Shown: piece by piece, positions 19,585 through 27,844 of the stretch
Numbering within the stretch: position 1 is the stretch's first letter
How the letters are laid out: each line of letters starts with the position of its first letter
Origin: a virus
Lineage: Duplodnaviria; Caudoviricetes
Direction: 5' to 3' (one strand)
Virus record (IMG/VR): IMGVR_UViG_3300028048_000038
Span: 224,001 to 288,000 of that record
Length of the DNA: 64,000 bases
Notes under the pieces: generated by a model
What the model was told of the DNA's origin: nothing
The model's database searches: none
What the model saw: only the letters and a program-made list of their open reading frames with translations
Translations under genes and position numbers: made by a program

Positions 19585-19610
19585 ATAAAGGTATAAATAA
19601 TTTTTGTAGC

Positions 19611-19671
19611 TCTGATGCTCTAGCCAGTTGCGCTACTCACCAATGTTGTGCTACCATTACACCATACCCCA
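19611..19671 (-). pseudogene. Two fused 5' tRNA half remnants
   Basis: TGGGGTATGGTGTAATGGTAGCACAACA then TGGTGAGTAGCGCAACTGGCTAGAGCATCAGA: acceptor 5' strand plus D-arm each, no anticodon loop or T arm. Confidence 0.6.
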
Positions 19672-19687
19672 ATGATATTATGATAGT

Positions 19688-19954
19688 TCATACTTCATTA
19701 TTTTCAAATGGTAATGGTGGTATTTCCATCCAATACTTGACCCAAACTTTTTCCCAACGTTTATTTTTCCAATGATTGTTTCCATAGTAATAGACAATAT
19801 CCATTTCTAAATCTTCATCTGTATATGGTTCATCATCGTCACAAATATCATTTGGGTCTTCACTCCAAAATGCAGCCAAATATCCAATTTCTCCCAAATC
19901 GTCATAATTTTTGACAATTGGTAATTCATTTTTTTCAGTATTATTCCAATTCAT
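19688..19954 (-). CDS. Hypothetical protein (DUF551-like C-terminus)
   Basis: MNWNN...ELP...VKYWMEIPPLP; start moved out of the tRNA. Confidence 0.7.
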   Translation of the reverse strand: MNWNNTEKNELPIVKNYDDLGEIGYLAAFWSEDPNDICDDDEPYTDEDLEMDIVYYYGNNHWKNKRWEKVWVKYWMEIPPLPFENNEV

Positions 19955-19974
19955 AACATCTAAGTATTTTGTTG

Positions 19975-20053
19975 TACCCTCGGTGGGACTCGAACCCACA
20001 CTCCGAAGAACTGACCCCTTAAATCAGCGTGTCTACCGTTCCACCACGAGGGC
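19975..20053 (-). tRNA. tRNA-Leu(AAG)
   Basis: Acceptor GCCCUCG/CGAGGGU plus A73, anticodon arm CUGAU-UUAAGGG-GUCAG, UUCG-capped variable arm, T arm GUGGG-UUCGAGU-CCCAC. Confidence 0.85.
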
Positions 20054-20059
20054 ATATCA

Positions 20060-20260
20060 TTATTGTTTAAATATTTCCACAAATTTCTTTCCCAAGTCTG
20101 TTAACTCAAAAGAGCCATTGCTTTCCTTAATAACGTCAAGCCCTATTAATCTTTCAACGTTATTCTCACCAATGATTTCAGATAGTTTATTAATGTCACC
20201 ACTACCATCAACAATCATTGGTTCATGCATAATGGTCTTAAAAGCAACATTTTTATCCAT
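20060..20260 (-). CDS. Small hypothetical protein between tRNAs (winged-helix-like end)
   Basis: 66-aa ORF filling the inter-tRNA gap, ...FELTDLGKKF. Confidence 0.6.
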   Translation of the reverse strand: MDKNVAFKTIMHEPMIVDGSGDINKLSEIIGENNVERLIGLDVIKESNGSFELTDLGKKFVEIFKQ

Positions 20261-20261
20261 G

Positions 20262-20342
20262 TAGCTAGAGAGGGACTTGAACCCTCATTCCGAAGAACTA
20301 CATTTTGAGTGTAGCGTGTATACCAAATTCCACCATCTAGCC
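20262..20342 (-). tRNA. tRNA-Leu(CAA)
   Basis: Acceptor GGCUAGA/UCUAGCU plus A73, anticodon arm CUACA-CUCAAAA-UGUAG, T arm GAGGG-UUCAAGU-CCCUC. Confidence 0.92.
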
Positions 20343-20349
20343 ATTTAAA

Positions 20350-20448
20350 AGGTACAGACGTTTTTATCTCGAATAAACTACACGTGGCATTGCCCTTCGT
20401 TGACAATCACAGTCGATGGTTGGGGGTTCACGCTCGTCTTCTGTACCT
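20350..20448 (-). ncRNA. Unclassified structured ncRNA (~99 nt), 6S-like candidate
   Basis: GC-rich island closed by AGGUACAGA/UCUGUACCU and GACG/CGUC, internal GCGUG/CACGU stem; first element of the tRNA operon. Confidence 0.55.
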
Positions 20449-20467
20449 ATTCTTTCGCATAAAAAAT

Positions 20468-20532
20468 TGCATTATGAATCGAGGATATCAACTCATAATG
20501 CAAAGATATGAAAAATTTTTGAAATAACCAAA
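20468..20532 (-). promoter_or_regulatory. Host-type promoter for the tRNA operon, overlapped by a terminator hairpin
   Basis: TTTG(20529-32)-N20-TATCTTTG(20501-08); hairpin TGCATTATGA...TCATAATGCA (20468-20502) plus U-tract. Confidence 0.65.
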
Positions 20533-20546
20533 TTTATTAAGAAGAT

Positions 20547-20675
20547 TTAACGAATAATTCTCTTTTCAATTCTTCTTCCACCAACGCTTCCGTTGTTTAA
20601 TGGATTACTTGGTTTTTGTACCGCTGGCTTACTTTGAGCAGCAGCATTTTGTTTATTCTTACATCCACATGCCAT
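20547..20675 (-). CDS. Small protein with MACGCK N-terminus
   Basis: 42 aa from ATG 20675. Confidence 0.65.
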   Translation of the reverse strand: MACGCKNKQNAAAQSKPAVQKPSNPLNNGSVGGRRIEKRIIR

Positions 20676-20703
20676 AGCTTTTATATATTTTTTAATAACG
20701 TTA

Positions 20704-21162
20704 TTAATACTCAGAAAAATAATCTTGTTCACTTGGAATATCAAAATCGGTATAATCGACATTAATAACACTTTCCAATGCTCTCTTTACAATTCCATTA
20801 TCGTGAATTTGGATGCAGCCTTCACCATCACGGTTGCAGAACTCAATGCTTCCAACCTCCACTGTCGGTTTGTCAATTATTTGGTCATCGTCATTTGGCA
20901 CATCGTAAGAATTACTTCTCATACCTTGTTGCATATATGGGTCACATTCCACATTATATGTTATATATGCGTAATCGCCACCTTGCAAATAGAATTCACC
21001 TTCATTTTCTCCAGCTGTAACATCTAGTTGTCCTTGGCTTGCAATGGATTGGGCGATATTTTGCAAGAGCAAGTTGTTATCTTGTTCATGCAGTATTCTC
21101 AGCACACTGCGTTGGACAAGATTGTGCAAATCTGACTCAGTTAATCTAATTATTTTCCTCAT
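20704..21162 (-). CDS. Leader-motif protein (putative internal virion protein)
   Basis: MRKIIRLTESDLHNLVQRSVLRILHE; TATTTATA at 21188-21195. Confidence 0.75.
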   Translation of the reverse strand: MRKIIRLTESDLHNLVQRSVLRILHEQDNNLLLQNIAQSIASQGQLDVTAGENEGEFYLQGGDYAYITYNVECDPYMQQGMRSNSYDVPNDDDQIIDKPTVEVGSIEFCNRDGEGCIQIHDNGIVKRALESVINVDYTDFDIPSEQDYFSEY

Positions 21163-21239
21163 TATATTTTTTTTTATATATTTCTATTATAAATATAATG
21201 AGTTAACAAAAACTATTAAACAAATAACGTTAAAATTAC

Positions 21240-21665
21240 TTATAAGCCAAGATAATCCAAAATTGGATAACAATTCTTTCTTATTTCCTCCTTTTCATCT
21301 GCGGTATATTTGGATTTATTGCTGATTAGATAGTCAACCTCTTCCCTACCGTTTCTCTCAGCCACACACTTCGTTAAGTGTGAGCATTCCCAATCAATTA
21401 CAGCACCAAGCCAATCAATCTTATTCATACCATGACTTCTGCCATAAAACACATGATGGCTATTATGGTACTTATGCCATTTTCTTACACGGAGATAATC
21501 ACCCCATATTAACTTAAGCCAAGGCTTTTCAATGTCATGCAATAGCCACTTTGGTTTCCATACACCTAGCTTCCACGCTGTATAGTTAAAAGCTAGCCAA
21601 TGATAAAACCAATAGCTGAATGTACTCTTCTGTTTTACTGTGAATTTCTTAAAATTTATCTTCAT
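21240..21665 (-). CDS. HD-like His-rich protein (DUF5662-like)
   Basis: LLHDIEK, HKYHNSHH, VIDWEC; promoter TTTG-N20-TATATTTG at 21672-21703. Confidence 0.6.
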   Translation of the reverse strand: MKINFKKFTVKQKSTFSYWFYHWLAFNYTAWKLGVWKPKWLLHDIEKPWLKLIWGDYLRVRKWHKYHNSHHVFYGRSHGMNKIDWLGAVIDWECSHLTKCVAERNGREEVDYLISNKSKYTADEKEEIRKNCYPILDYLGL

Positions 21666-21704
21666 ACTTAGCAAATATATAAAAAAATCCGATATTTTCC
21701 AAAC

Positions 21705-22388
21705 TTATTTCTCTTTTTTAGTAGATATTAACACTTTATCAGCTATGCACAAATCCTCCACTGCTTCTGCACCTATATACCATTTGTCTCTATCGCATAA
21801 TTCTTCTATCTCTTCGTATGTCTTTCCACAATTGTCTGAAAGAATCTTATACAAGTCATCTTGGCATCTTAATGTTTGTTCCATTTCAATCTTAATATCG
21901 GCAGTATGTCCTTGAAAACCACTTGAAACAGAATGTATCATTACCCTACTATGTGGCAATACAAACCTTTTACCCTTTGTACCACAGCTTAATAATACAG
22001 CACCCATAGAAGCTGCCATCCCAAGACAAGTTGTTGAAATATCTGACTCAATGAAGTTCATGGTATCAATCAATGATAGCCCAGCTAAGACATCACCACC
22101 TGGACTTGATATATAAAGACTTATATCCCTATTATCAACTGAGTTTAAGTAAAGCATTTGTGCTATCATGGTATCCATTGATAAACTATCTACTTGCCCG
22201 CTTAGAAACAGTATTCTGTCTTGTATCAATCTAGAAAATACATTCATTTCTGAAACTCTCATTGCTGAATCACGTTCCTCAATAATGGTTGGATATACCA
22301 TGTCCTTAATCTTATCGTCAATTACTGAAGGTGACATACCCACCTTATCAATCGCAAAATGTCTAAAATCCTTTGTAATAATATCCAT
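21705..22388 (-). CDS. clpP: ATP-dependent Clp protease proteolytic subunit
   Basis: SRLIQDRILFL, YISSPGG, GMAASMG (Ser), MIH (His), DRD (Asp). Confidence 0.95.
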   Translation of the reverse strand: MDIITKDFRHFAIDKVGMSPSVIDDKIKDMVYPTIIEERDSAMRVSEMNVFSRLIQDRILFLSGQVDSLSMDTMIAQMLYLNSVDNRDISLYISSPGGDVLAGLSLIDTMNFIESDISTTCLGMAASMGAVLLSCGTKGKRFVLPHSRVMIHSVSSGFQGHTADIKIEMEQTLRCQDDLYKILSDNCGKTYEEIEELCDRDKWYIGAEAVEDLCIADKVLISTKKEK

Positions 22389-22389
22389 G

Positions 22390-22755
22390 TTAATTTAAAA
22401 ATTTGTTATGTTCTTCTTTATAATTTTCTGCAATGAATTTTCCTAGTTTTTTCCTATATGCAAGTATGTAATCTTTATTTTGCACTTTTAAACTGTTTAT
22501 ATTTACAACTTCAAAAGGTTCTTTATTCTCTATAAAATCAAATTTCAAACCATTTATTAGATATTTTTTGGTTCTATTCATTCTAATTTTACGAGTCAAA
22601 GGCAATTCTTTATATGGCAAATTTATAGAATCAATATTATCAACGATAATATCTACATCATGATATGATTTACTATAACCTTGTAAATAAAGCCCATAAG
22701 AGCCTCCAATAGCTCTATAATCAACATTATTTAATACATTTAAAAGTATTTTCAT
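22390..22755 (-). CDS. Minimal nucleotidyltransferase-like protein
   Basis: GGS...HDVDII pol-beta-type GS/DxD motif; AT-rich. Confidence 0.55.
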   Translation of the reverse strand: MKILLNVLNNVDYRAIGGSYGLYLQGYSKSYHDVDIIVDNIDSINLPYKELPLTRKIRMNRTKKYLINGLKFDFIENKEPFEVVNINSLKVQNKDYILAYRKKLGKFIAENYKEEHNKFLN

Positions 22756-22758
22756 ATA

Positions 22759-22965
22759 TTAATTTAAATTTAAATCATCAAATCTAACATACTCTCCAGT
22801 ACGTATATACCAATTTTCCAAGACAAATTGGATTCTTTGCCTAGTCACTTCATTATTAACCTCGCCCTCAAACTGACTTAATACCTCATCTAATGTTTGC
22901 GGTTCATACATTGGCATGTAATTGCCAAATACAATCTGATTCCTCGGTAACTCTAAACTTGCCAT
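22759..22965 (-). CDS. Hypothetical protein
   Basis: 68-aa ORF in operon. Confidence 0.6.
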   Translation of the reverse strand: MASLELPRNQIVFGNYMPMYEPQTLDEVLSQFEGEVNNEVTRQRIQFVLENWYIRTGEYVRFDDLNLN

Positions 22966-23859
22966 TTATTTTCCTCTTTCCTTTGGATAATCGTATATTT
23001 TATTCAACTCTAAGAATCTCTTCCTAAGAGCCTTTGTTTCTCGTTTATCTCTTCCAAGTACAAATGCATATTTGTGTTTCGATGGAAAAGATATTTTTTC
23101 AGCCTTCGCATACATTTCCTTGGAATAATTTCTAAGTTTCTGCTCTATTTCATCTGGTACATTTTCCCATAACATACATTGGTCTGTGTTCCAATTCTTT
23201 TGCCATTCAATTCCCAAGTCCTTTGCATATCTTTTATAGAAACTCCTTGCTCTAAATGCTCTATCTGTGACAATCTTCTCTTGGTTGTATGGATTAATGC
23301 ACCTTACAGTAGTACCGCTACCTTGTCCTAGATAGAAGAAATTAAGCCCTTGATAGATACTTCCAACCTCTTTTGCTTGTGGGTCACTATAACAAGTGAA
23401 CAAACGGTATCTAGTATTTTCGACCATCCATTTCATTGCCCACATAAGAAACTTACTACCAAGATTGAATGGGCACCAGCTTGCGCTTGCACCTCTCGCA
23501 ATTAGTCTTTCTAGATTCTTCGTTTCTTCACCCAATAGTTTACTAAATGCATTTGGCATGCCCATTATGATAACACCGCCTAATATACCCTTATATCTTG
23601 CCGTAAACCAATGTGTTGGAAAAGAGCCAATTGTTCCTAACCATTCGTAACGTTTGATGAATTCGGTTGCTTCTTTTTTTTCATTTGTTGAATCAATATA
23701 AGAAAACACAAAATCATCTAATGAAATATTATTAATATCTTCTTGAGACCATCCGTATTTCTCCATGTCCTCTTGTAATGTATCCAATCTCTTCTGATAT
23801 TGGTAACACCAAGGTTTATCATAATTCTTTATTTTCTCAAGTAACTTAATATCACTCAT
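22966..23859 (-). CDS. Mom-like GNAT-fold DNA modification protein
   Basis: FIKRYEWLG...LERL...CYSDP...GSIYQGLNFFYLG resembles the Mu Mom family motif. Confidence 0.7.
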   Translation of the reverse strand: MSDIKLLEKIKNYDKPWCYQYQKRLDTLQEDMEKYGWSQEDINNISLDDFVFSYIDSTNEKKEATEFIKRYEWLGTIGSFPTHWFTARYKGILGGVIIMGMPNAFSKLLGEETKNLERLIARGASASWCPFNLGSKFLMWAMKWMVENTRYRLFTCYSDPQAKEVGSIYQGLNFFYLGQGSGTTVRCINPYNQEKIVTDRAFRARSFYKRYAKDLGIEWQKNWNTDQCMLWENVPDEIEQKLRNYSKEMYAKAEKISFPSKHKYAFVLGRDKRETKALRKRFLELNKIYDYPKERGK

Positions 23860-24163
23860 CCTTCTTCCTATCTATACCAATTGTACAATAAAATATATCA
23901 TCTAAGCAATCGTTATCTAACTTAATTACCCATACATTGAAACCATTATTCTCTAATTCTTCAAATATTCTTGATAAATCAGTAAAATAATTTTTCCATT
24001 CTCCATGCCCATTCAAGCCTCCGCATAATGTAATTGTCTTAATGCTATCTTTATCAACCTCACTCTCCAAAACAGCGATTTTGCTTTTATCGCTTCCTAC
24101 AGAGTTAATTATTGGTTTAATCTCTCCAACAATCTCACTAAGAATTTTCTCGTTATCTTCCAT
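23852..24163 (-). CDS. Hypothetical protein
   Basis: 103-aa ORF overlapping the start of the Mom-like gene. Confidence 0.7.
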   Translation of the reverse strand: MEDNEKILSEIVGEIKPIINSVGSDKSKIAVLESEVDKDSIKTITLCGGLNGHGEWKNYFTDLSRIFEELENNGFNVWVIKLDNDCLDDIFYCTIGIDRKKDE

Positions 24164-24179
24164 AATAATAATAAACGTT

Positions 24180-24204
24180 AAAAGGGGATTGCACTAATCC
24201 CCTT
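24180..24204 (-). terminator. Rho-independent terminator
   Basis: AAGGGGATT-gcact-AATCCCCTT. Confidence 0.7.
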
Positions 24205-24208
24205 GTTA

Positions 24209-24913
24209 TTAATCATTGGTAATCTTCTTACCAATCTCAGCCTCATAATCTGATGTGTTCTTAGTGGCTGCTTCATCAAGGGTTGCACAGAACAAAGCAC
24301 TAGTTGCTGCCAATGATGCATCAGTCTTAGCCATTGTTCTATATGCCGTAGTTGCACAGTTAATGACATCATAATTATTAGTCATATGCTTTCTTGATGA
24401 ATAAGTCTTGAACTTAAAGCCAAGGTCATCTGCAACTTTGGTAGAAGTTATATCTACACCTTGGTAGATAAACTCCCAAGAATACTTTTCACTTTGTTCC
24501 TTAATTTTATCTTGAACCTCCTTCAATGTATATTCATTTGAAGCATTCTCCATACCATCAGTCATAACAACGACAAGCGTCTTTCCTGGAAGTTCTTCAC
24601 CATTCTTATCCTTTTTGTAAAGCCATTCTCCAACGTTATCAATGGCAGTACAAATACCATCATTCATGGCTGTCATACCACCTGGTAAATAATTAAACTT
24701 TGCAATATCATTGATGTCAATGCCAAGATATTCTTGATTTACTTTTTCATTGAATGTGAAAAGTGATACAGTCACCTTACCATCCTTATCCTTCTTTTGT
24801 TCCTCGATTATCTTATGGAAGCCACCAACAACATCCTCTTTTGAAGAGTACATGCTTCCACTTTTGTCAATAACAAATACAAGGTTAATCCAATTTTTGT
24901 TAAGATTGCTCAT
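24209..24913 (-). CDS. von Willebrand factor A domain protein
   Basis: MIDAS DKSGSM, GMTAMND, VVMTDGMENAS. Confidence 0.9.
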   Translation of the reverse strand: MSNLNKNWINLVFVIDKSGSMYSSKEDVVGGFHKIIEEQKKDKDGKVTVSLFTFNEKVNQEYLGIDINDIAKFNYLPGGMTAMNDGICTAIDNVGEWLYKKDKNGEELPGKTLVVVMTDGMENASNEYTLKEVQDKIKEQSEKYSWEFIYQGVDITSTKVADDLGFKFKTYSSRKHMTNNYDVINCATTAYRTMAKTDASLAATSALFCATLDEAATKNTSDYEAEIGKKITND

Positions 24914-24914
24914 T

Positions 24915-25136
24915 TTACTTTAAATTTTTTAAATTGTCATTAGGTTCATATATAATCTGTAATTCTCCATTTGCATCAACTGCTACATTAGCATTATCAA
25001 TTGCAGCAAATGTTCTCTTTCTCATTTCCTCATCTTCCATGAGTTTAGGATATTCCTTAAGCACCATTCTCTTAGCCTTTTCTCTAAGTTTATTGCTCTT
25101 CTTATTCATTATCCTATTATAAGAACTTTTAGTCAT
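24915..25136 (-). CDS. Hypothetical protein
   Basis: 73-aa ORF in operon. Confidence 0.65.
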   Translation of the reverse strand: MTKSSYNRIMNKKSNKLREKAKRMVLKEYPKLMEDEEMRKRTFAAIDNANVAVDANGELQIIYEPNDNLKNLK

Positions 25137-25142
25137 ATCGAT

Positions 25143-25613
25143 TTATTGTTTTTTCTTAGCAGCCCTCTCTTCTGCTTTCTTTAGTTTCTCTTCTTCCTTG
25201 CGTCTGCGCTCTTCATCCTCAATTTCCTCAATTACGATGTAAGATGCCTCCATGATATCAACATAATTTTCATACTTTTTACGCATTCTGAAAAGTTCCT
25301 TTGCAATATCGCCATCAACATTCAACTTATCCTTTTCGGTATCATAAGAAATGTTGCTGATAGCACCTTCCATAAGTTTATCCTTATATTCATCTGTAAG
25401 TCTATCAAAAGCCTCTTCATAAATCACAAGGATTGCGTCTTTCTTTGTTAGATAATGAATGGTTGCGCCAGCCTTAGTTGCTTTTAATACATTCTTAGAT
25501 TTTGTAACTGATATAACCTTTAAATCAATTCCCATTTGTGGAAGACCAGTCTCTTCGAACTTGGCTTGAGCCAACTCTGCAATGTCTTGACTTGTTTCAA
25601 AAAATTTTGCCAT
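25143..25613 (-). CDS. Hypothetical protein
   Basis: MAKFFETS..., charged C-terminal helix; downstream of the promoter at 25662-25693. Confidence 0.75.
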   Translation of the reverse strand: MAKFFETSQDIAELAQAKFEETGLPQMGIDLKVISVTKSKNVLKATKAGATIHYLTKKDAILVIYEEAFDRLTDEYKDKLMEGAISNISYDTEKDKLNVDGDIAKELFRMRKKYENYVDIMEASYIVIEEIEDEERRRKEEEKLKKAEERAAKKKQ

Positions 25614-25661
25614 AATTCTATTTGTTAAGTTATTTATTTCATTGAAATGTATTTCATGTTG

Positions 25662-25701
25662 CAAAGATATATAAAAAAAGTTAAAATTCCAAATATTTAT
25701 T
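25662..25701. promoter_or_regulatory. Divergent promoters: host-type (minus) and TATTTATT motif (plus)
   Basis: Minus TTTG-N20-TATCTTTG (25662-25693); plus TATTTATT at 25694-25701. Confidence 0.65.
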
Positions 25702-25740
25702 TAATTAAATTTAAAAAATAATTAACTTTTAAAGAAAAAC

Positions 25741-26079
25741 ATGAATACAAAAGAAGTAGTGACAATATTAAACAATTTAACAATAGATGACAAATTAGAT
25801 ATACGTGAGAGAGCTGCCATCGATGAAGCTCTACTATTTTTATCTAGGATAGAACACAGAGGTGAACAACAATATGATTTTCAAGGGCAGCTAGTTAAAC
25901 AATTAACAATGAAGGAATTAAGGAAATTTGTTAGGGATAATGGAACATTGGATGACACTGTAAAGCTATTGGTGCTTGAAGATGACGGCATGGCTTATGG
26001 AGCAAACAATGGTTATTGTTCTGACTTATGTGTTTCAGAAGATGAGAACGGAAAAAAAGAGGTACAAATTTGGTTTTAA
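25741..26079 (+). CDS. Hypothetical protein
   Basis: 112-aa ORF. Confidence 0.7.
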   Translation: MNTKEVVTILNNLTIDDKLDIRERAAIDEALLFLSRIEHRGEQQYDFQGQLVKQLTMKELRKFVRDNGTLDDTVKLLVLEDDGMAYGANNGYCSDLCVSEDENGKKEVQIWF

Positions 26080-26082
26080 GAT

Positions 26083-26778
26083 ATGGCTCGTAGGAATAAA
26101 AAGAAAATATATAGTATTATATTAATCAATCACGGCAAACAGTTACATACAATATATTCAGATACAACAGAAGAAAAGATATATAAGAAGTTTGAAAAGT
26201 TATTAAAGGAAAATAAGAAAATAATGTTTCCAATAAGATATAACAACCACAAACATGTAATGATTGAATCTGAATACGAACTTGTCATCATCAAATGTAG
26301 GGATGATAATGAGAGTTTGGTTAATAAAGTTAGAACTGACTCTGGTGAATTCATTGATTATGCCACAACTGATGAAGATTGGATTGTCATTGACCGTGCT
26401 CCATATGACATTGAAGAGACATTTTGGGTATATGGCTATCATCCAAGACTTCAAAGAAAAGATTTTAAATGGATATTTGATAATTTTATCTCAACAGATG
26501 TCAAGAATAAATACATGTTTAAAACAGTGCAAGTATATAAGAACAAACTATTGGTGGATTGTAATGGAAAACTTGAGATGGTAATCTGTAAAAACAGACA
26601 AGATGGAATAAGACTATATAACAAAATTGAGGATGAAACAGTAAAGAATAAATTCAAGTATATTGCTTTTATGGGCGATGTTGGTAAAAGCAGATATAAA
26701 GACGATTGGATTAAAAGAATAAAAGAACTAACCCATTGGAGCGATGAGAAAATTAAAAGACGCAACACAAGACCATGA
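26083..26778 (+). CDS. Hypothetical protein
   Basis: 231-aa ORF ending at a bidirectional terminator. Confidence 0.8.
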   Translation: MARRNKKKIYSIILINHGKQLHTIYSDTTEEKIYKKFEKLLKENKKIMFPIRYNNHKHVMIESEYELVIIKCRDDNESLVNKVRTDSGEFIDYATTDEDWIVIDRAPYDIEETFWVYGYHPRLQRKDFKWIFDNFISTDVKNKYMFKTVQVYKNKLLVDCNGKLEMVICKNRQDGIRLYNKIEDETVKNKFKYIAFMGDVGKSRYKDDWIKRIKELTHWSDEKIKRRNTRP

Positions 26779-26814
26779 AAAAGAGTGAGGATTGTTCCTC
26801 ACTCTTTTTTTTTT
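26778..26814. terminator. Bidirectional terminator
   Basis: AAAAGAGTGAGGA-ttgt-TCCTCACTCTTTT. Confidence 0.85.
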
Positions 26815-27379
26815 ACCACATGCCCAAAACTAGGAATGGTGTATTGAAATCTTTCAACGTTGGATGTTTTGTATCCTTTTCAGATAATATAGCCTTATCC
26901 ATAGGTATTCTCCAATCAATACCAAGAGATTCATCCAAGATGTTTATACCGCCATCTGCTTCTGGGTGATAGAACTCATCACACTTATATTGGAATATTG
27001 CTGTATCTGATAGAACTGAAAATCCGTGTGCAAATCCCTTTGGGATGAATAATTGTCTGTGATTATCTTCTGTAAGTTCTACAGCAACGTGTTTTCCGTA
27101 TGTTGGACTGCCCTCTCTTATGTCTACGGCAACATCCAATACCGACCCCTTAACACACCTTACTAACTTACTCTGTGTATATGGCGGCTTCTGAAAATGT
27201 AAGCCTCTCATGACTCCATAAGATGACTTGCTTTCATTATCTTGAACGAAATTTATCTTTCCTACCTTTTCTTCAAATTCTCTCTGTGAGAAAGATTCAA
27301 AGAAATATCCCCTTGAATCCTCAAAAATCTTAGGTTCTATAATTACAACACCCTCAATATCAGTCTTTATTACATTCAT
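26813..27379 (-). CDS. rfbC: dTDP-4-dehydrorhamnose 3,5-epimerase
   Basis: FEDSRGYFFESF, FVQDNESKS, RGLHFQ, DVAVDIREGSPTYGKH, PKGFAHGF, YKCD. Confidence 0.95.
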   Translation of the reverse strand: MNVIKTDIEGVVIIEPKIFEDSRGYFFESFSQREFEEKVGKINFVQDNESKSSYGVMRGLHFQKPPYTQSKLVRCVKGSVLDVAVDIREGSPTYGKHVAVELTEDNHRQLFIPKGFAHGFSVLSDTAIFQYKCDEFYHPEADGGINILDESLGIDWRIPMDKAILSEKDTKHPTLKDFNTPFLVLGMW

Positions 27380-27621
27380 CTTTGCTTTATAATAACTTTA
27401 ACCAAATCAATATTTATGTCTATTTCTCCTTCAGATGGTATAAACTCTTCATCTTCGCTCTTTCTGTTTCTCAAGAACAAATCTTCATCAACTTTCTTAA
27501 ATTCATTCTCATTAAGATACACGTAAAGTTCAGATTGATTTGCAACACCATCTTCCTTTAGTTTCTCCGAAATCATTTGACCAAGCTCAAATATGCTAAA
27601 AGTTCCAAACTTAAATTCCAT
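27376..27621 (-). CDS. Hypothetical protein
   Basis: 81-aa ORF with ATGA overlap. Confidence 0.7.
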   Translation of the reverse strand: MEFKFGTFSIFELGQMISEKLKEDGVANQSELYVYLNENEFKKVDEDLFLRNRKSEDEEFIPSEGEIDINIDLVKVIIKQR

Positions 27622-27622
27622 T

Positions 27623-27844
27623 TCAATTGAACATTTTCAAGAAATTATTAATCTTAAACTTTACTTTTGTCCAGAAAGTAAACTCAACTTTCTTATTGCC
27701 ACTTAAAACCTCATCCATGTCTTTGCCCATTGTCCCTTTCAATTGTTCTGCGATATTCCATTGATGTCCCTTTAGGGCTAGTCTATCCATTTTCTTCTCG
27801 CTATTGTAAGTGACTAGTTCTCTTTCAAACTCATTCATTTGCAT
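27623..27844 (-). CDS. Hypothetical protein
   Basis: 73-aa ORF. Confidence 0.65.
   Translation of the reverse strand: MQMNEFERELVTYNSEKKMDRLALKGHQWNIAEQLKGTMGKDMDEVLSGNKKVEFTFWTKVKFKINNFLKMFN

Noticed and set aside
19975-20053. Reading this tRNA as Leu(UAA)
   Set aside because: That register destroys the anticodon stem; only AAG gives 5 pairs and a 7-nt loop
20215-20406. 63-aa ORF over tRNA-Leu(CAA) and the ncRNA candidate
   Set aside because: Overlaps a well-formed tRNA; better explained as RNA genes
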